NCBI RefSeq assembly: GCF_000007005.1
Contig: NC_002754.1
Origin: Saccharolobus solfataricus P2
GTDB lineage: Archaea > Thermoproteota > Thermoprotei_A > Sulfolobales > Sulfolobaceae
Length of the DNA stretch: 64,000 nt
Strand: one strand, 5' to 3'
This document shows positions 62,883 through 64,000 of this stretch, one piece after another (position 1 is the first letter of the stretch; the number at the start of each line of letters is the position of its first letter). A program made the position numbers and the translations under genes. The notes beneath the pieces are model-generated. The model searched no databases and was not told the origin of the DNA. It was given only the letters and a program-made list of their open reading frames with translations.

Positions 62883-63246
62883 TTTAAGTAATGTGGTATA
62901 TAAAAGTGCTTAAAAATCTTACTACTATCAAATTTTTAGAATATTTAAATTCACGAGCACTTGGTTATCTTTTTTCAATGAGGATACATAACTTAGCAAA
63001 TGGAAAACTTAAATTACTATCTTCAGTTTTTATTTAATATTCTTCACGATTACTATATTTTCACTAATAACGATTGTACTAGTTTAAACTGTATCTGTTT
63101 TAGAAATTATTACAACTTTATAGATTCTTGTCAAGAAGAGCGCTTAGACTGTAACACATTTGCATAACTTTTAAATACTTTTAATCATTTCACAATATGA
63201 TCTTTATTATGATTATGTTTATATATTATTTCCTCTACATTATAAA

Positions 63247-63438
63247 TTGATGAACTCCATACTGATGACGGGCTATGCTCACGAGGTATTGGGGGCGACA
63301 AATACGGATGGGAGGGTAGTGGTGTTTCCCTCGACTAGCCCCAATGAGTTGAGGGTGAGTGTGTATGAGCCCTCAAGAGGGGTGCCCGTGGCGGAATTAG
63401 AAGTGGTTAAAAGTAAGCAGAAGTTACGCCACGGGTAA
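63247..63438 (+). pseudogene. 3' relic of an IS200/IS605 tnpB gene with overlapping structured RNA
   Basis: GC-richer island; TGYAHEVLGATNT resembles degenerate CG...DRDVxGAxNI; three hairpins. Confidence 0.55.
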
Positions 63439-63491
63439 ACACTAAATATCGGTAGCTGATCATTTTTAAACAGTGCTAGATAAGTTAGTAT

Positions 63492-64000
63492 ATGGAAGAA
63501 AATTTAGACAGTAGTGTATTGGAAGCTCCAATAATTAACGTAACTCCACCAGGTTCTAAATCACTTAAGTTGTTAAAAGACCAAGAAGAGTATGAAACTT
63601 CAGCTATAAACTACCCTAAGTACTTTAAGATAGCAATAGATAAGGCTCAAGGTTCAACAGTAACTGATGTTGATGGTAATGTGTATATAGATCTGGTTAC
63701 CGGTATATCTGTTGTCAATCTAGGTCATAATAATCCCTTTGTGAGGAAGAGAGTTCAAGAACAGTTAGAAAAGGTTTGGCACACATTAGAGGTACCTACG
63801 GAAATTAGGGTTAACTTTAGTAAAAAATTATTATCAACTCTAGGAATGAGAGCTAAATTATTATTTACTACAACTGGGGCAGATGCGGTGGAAGCTGCAG
63901 TAAAGATAGCTAGATTCATAACTGGAAAGAAGACTATAATTGCATTTGAGGGGTCTTATCATGGAATAACTGCCGGTACTTTGGGTCTCACCGGTGCTAA
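63492..64000 (+). CDS. gabT: 4-aminobutyrate aminotransferase-like class III aminotransferase (partial, runs off the window)
   Basis: MEENLDS... open to the edge; D.DGN.YID, NLGHNNP, TTGADAVEAA.K, FEGSYHG. Confidence 0.85.
   Translation, partial: MEENLDSSVLEAPIINVTPPGSKSLKLLKDQEEYETSAINYPKYFKIAIDKAQGSTVTDVDGNVYIDLVTGISVVNLGHNNPFVRKRVQEQLEKVWHTLEVPTEIRVNFSKKLLSTLGMRAKLLFTTTGADAVEAAVKIARFITGKKTIIAFEGSYHGITAGTLGLTGA

Noticed and set aside
63262-63290. Hammerhead ribozyme (CTGATGA core)
   Set aside because: Stem II is not followed by GAAA and no stems I/III were found

Overview
AT-rich crenarchaeal chromosome segment that reads as Saccharolobus (Sulfolobus) solfataricus, roughly the SSO2660-SSO2727 region. 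That identification comes from recognised proteins and recall, not from a database search. In order it holds: soxL Rieske protein with two paralogous membrane genes and a DUF1404 gene; an SDR and an enolase-superfamily dehydratase; an Opp-type (cellobiose/oligosaccharide) ABC transporter with nagA and a GH116; an M1 aminopeptidase; the bas (bindosome) type IV pilus-like locus; the mer mercury-resistance locus with its operator; CBS, acylpeptide hydrolase, M48 and GYD genes; a cysteine-free thiolase with a DUF35 partner; a TRASH-like protein with a CADD/TenA-like protein; several MFS carriers, a lactonase, a PNP/MTAP, a CUT1 ABC system, and a ureido-amidohydrolase/aminotransferase pair; then a nested mobile-element stack (56.4-60.2 kb), a phosphoesterase, an APC permease, a tnpB relic and the 5' part of gabT. 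The best observation is in the IS stack. An IS110 element inserted into an ISH3 (ISC1225-like) transposase gene has, in its non-coding 5' end, a predicted bridge RNA. Its four guide segments match this element's own insertion site and its own ends, including the handshake positions. No tRNA, rRNA or CRISPR array was seen.
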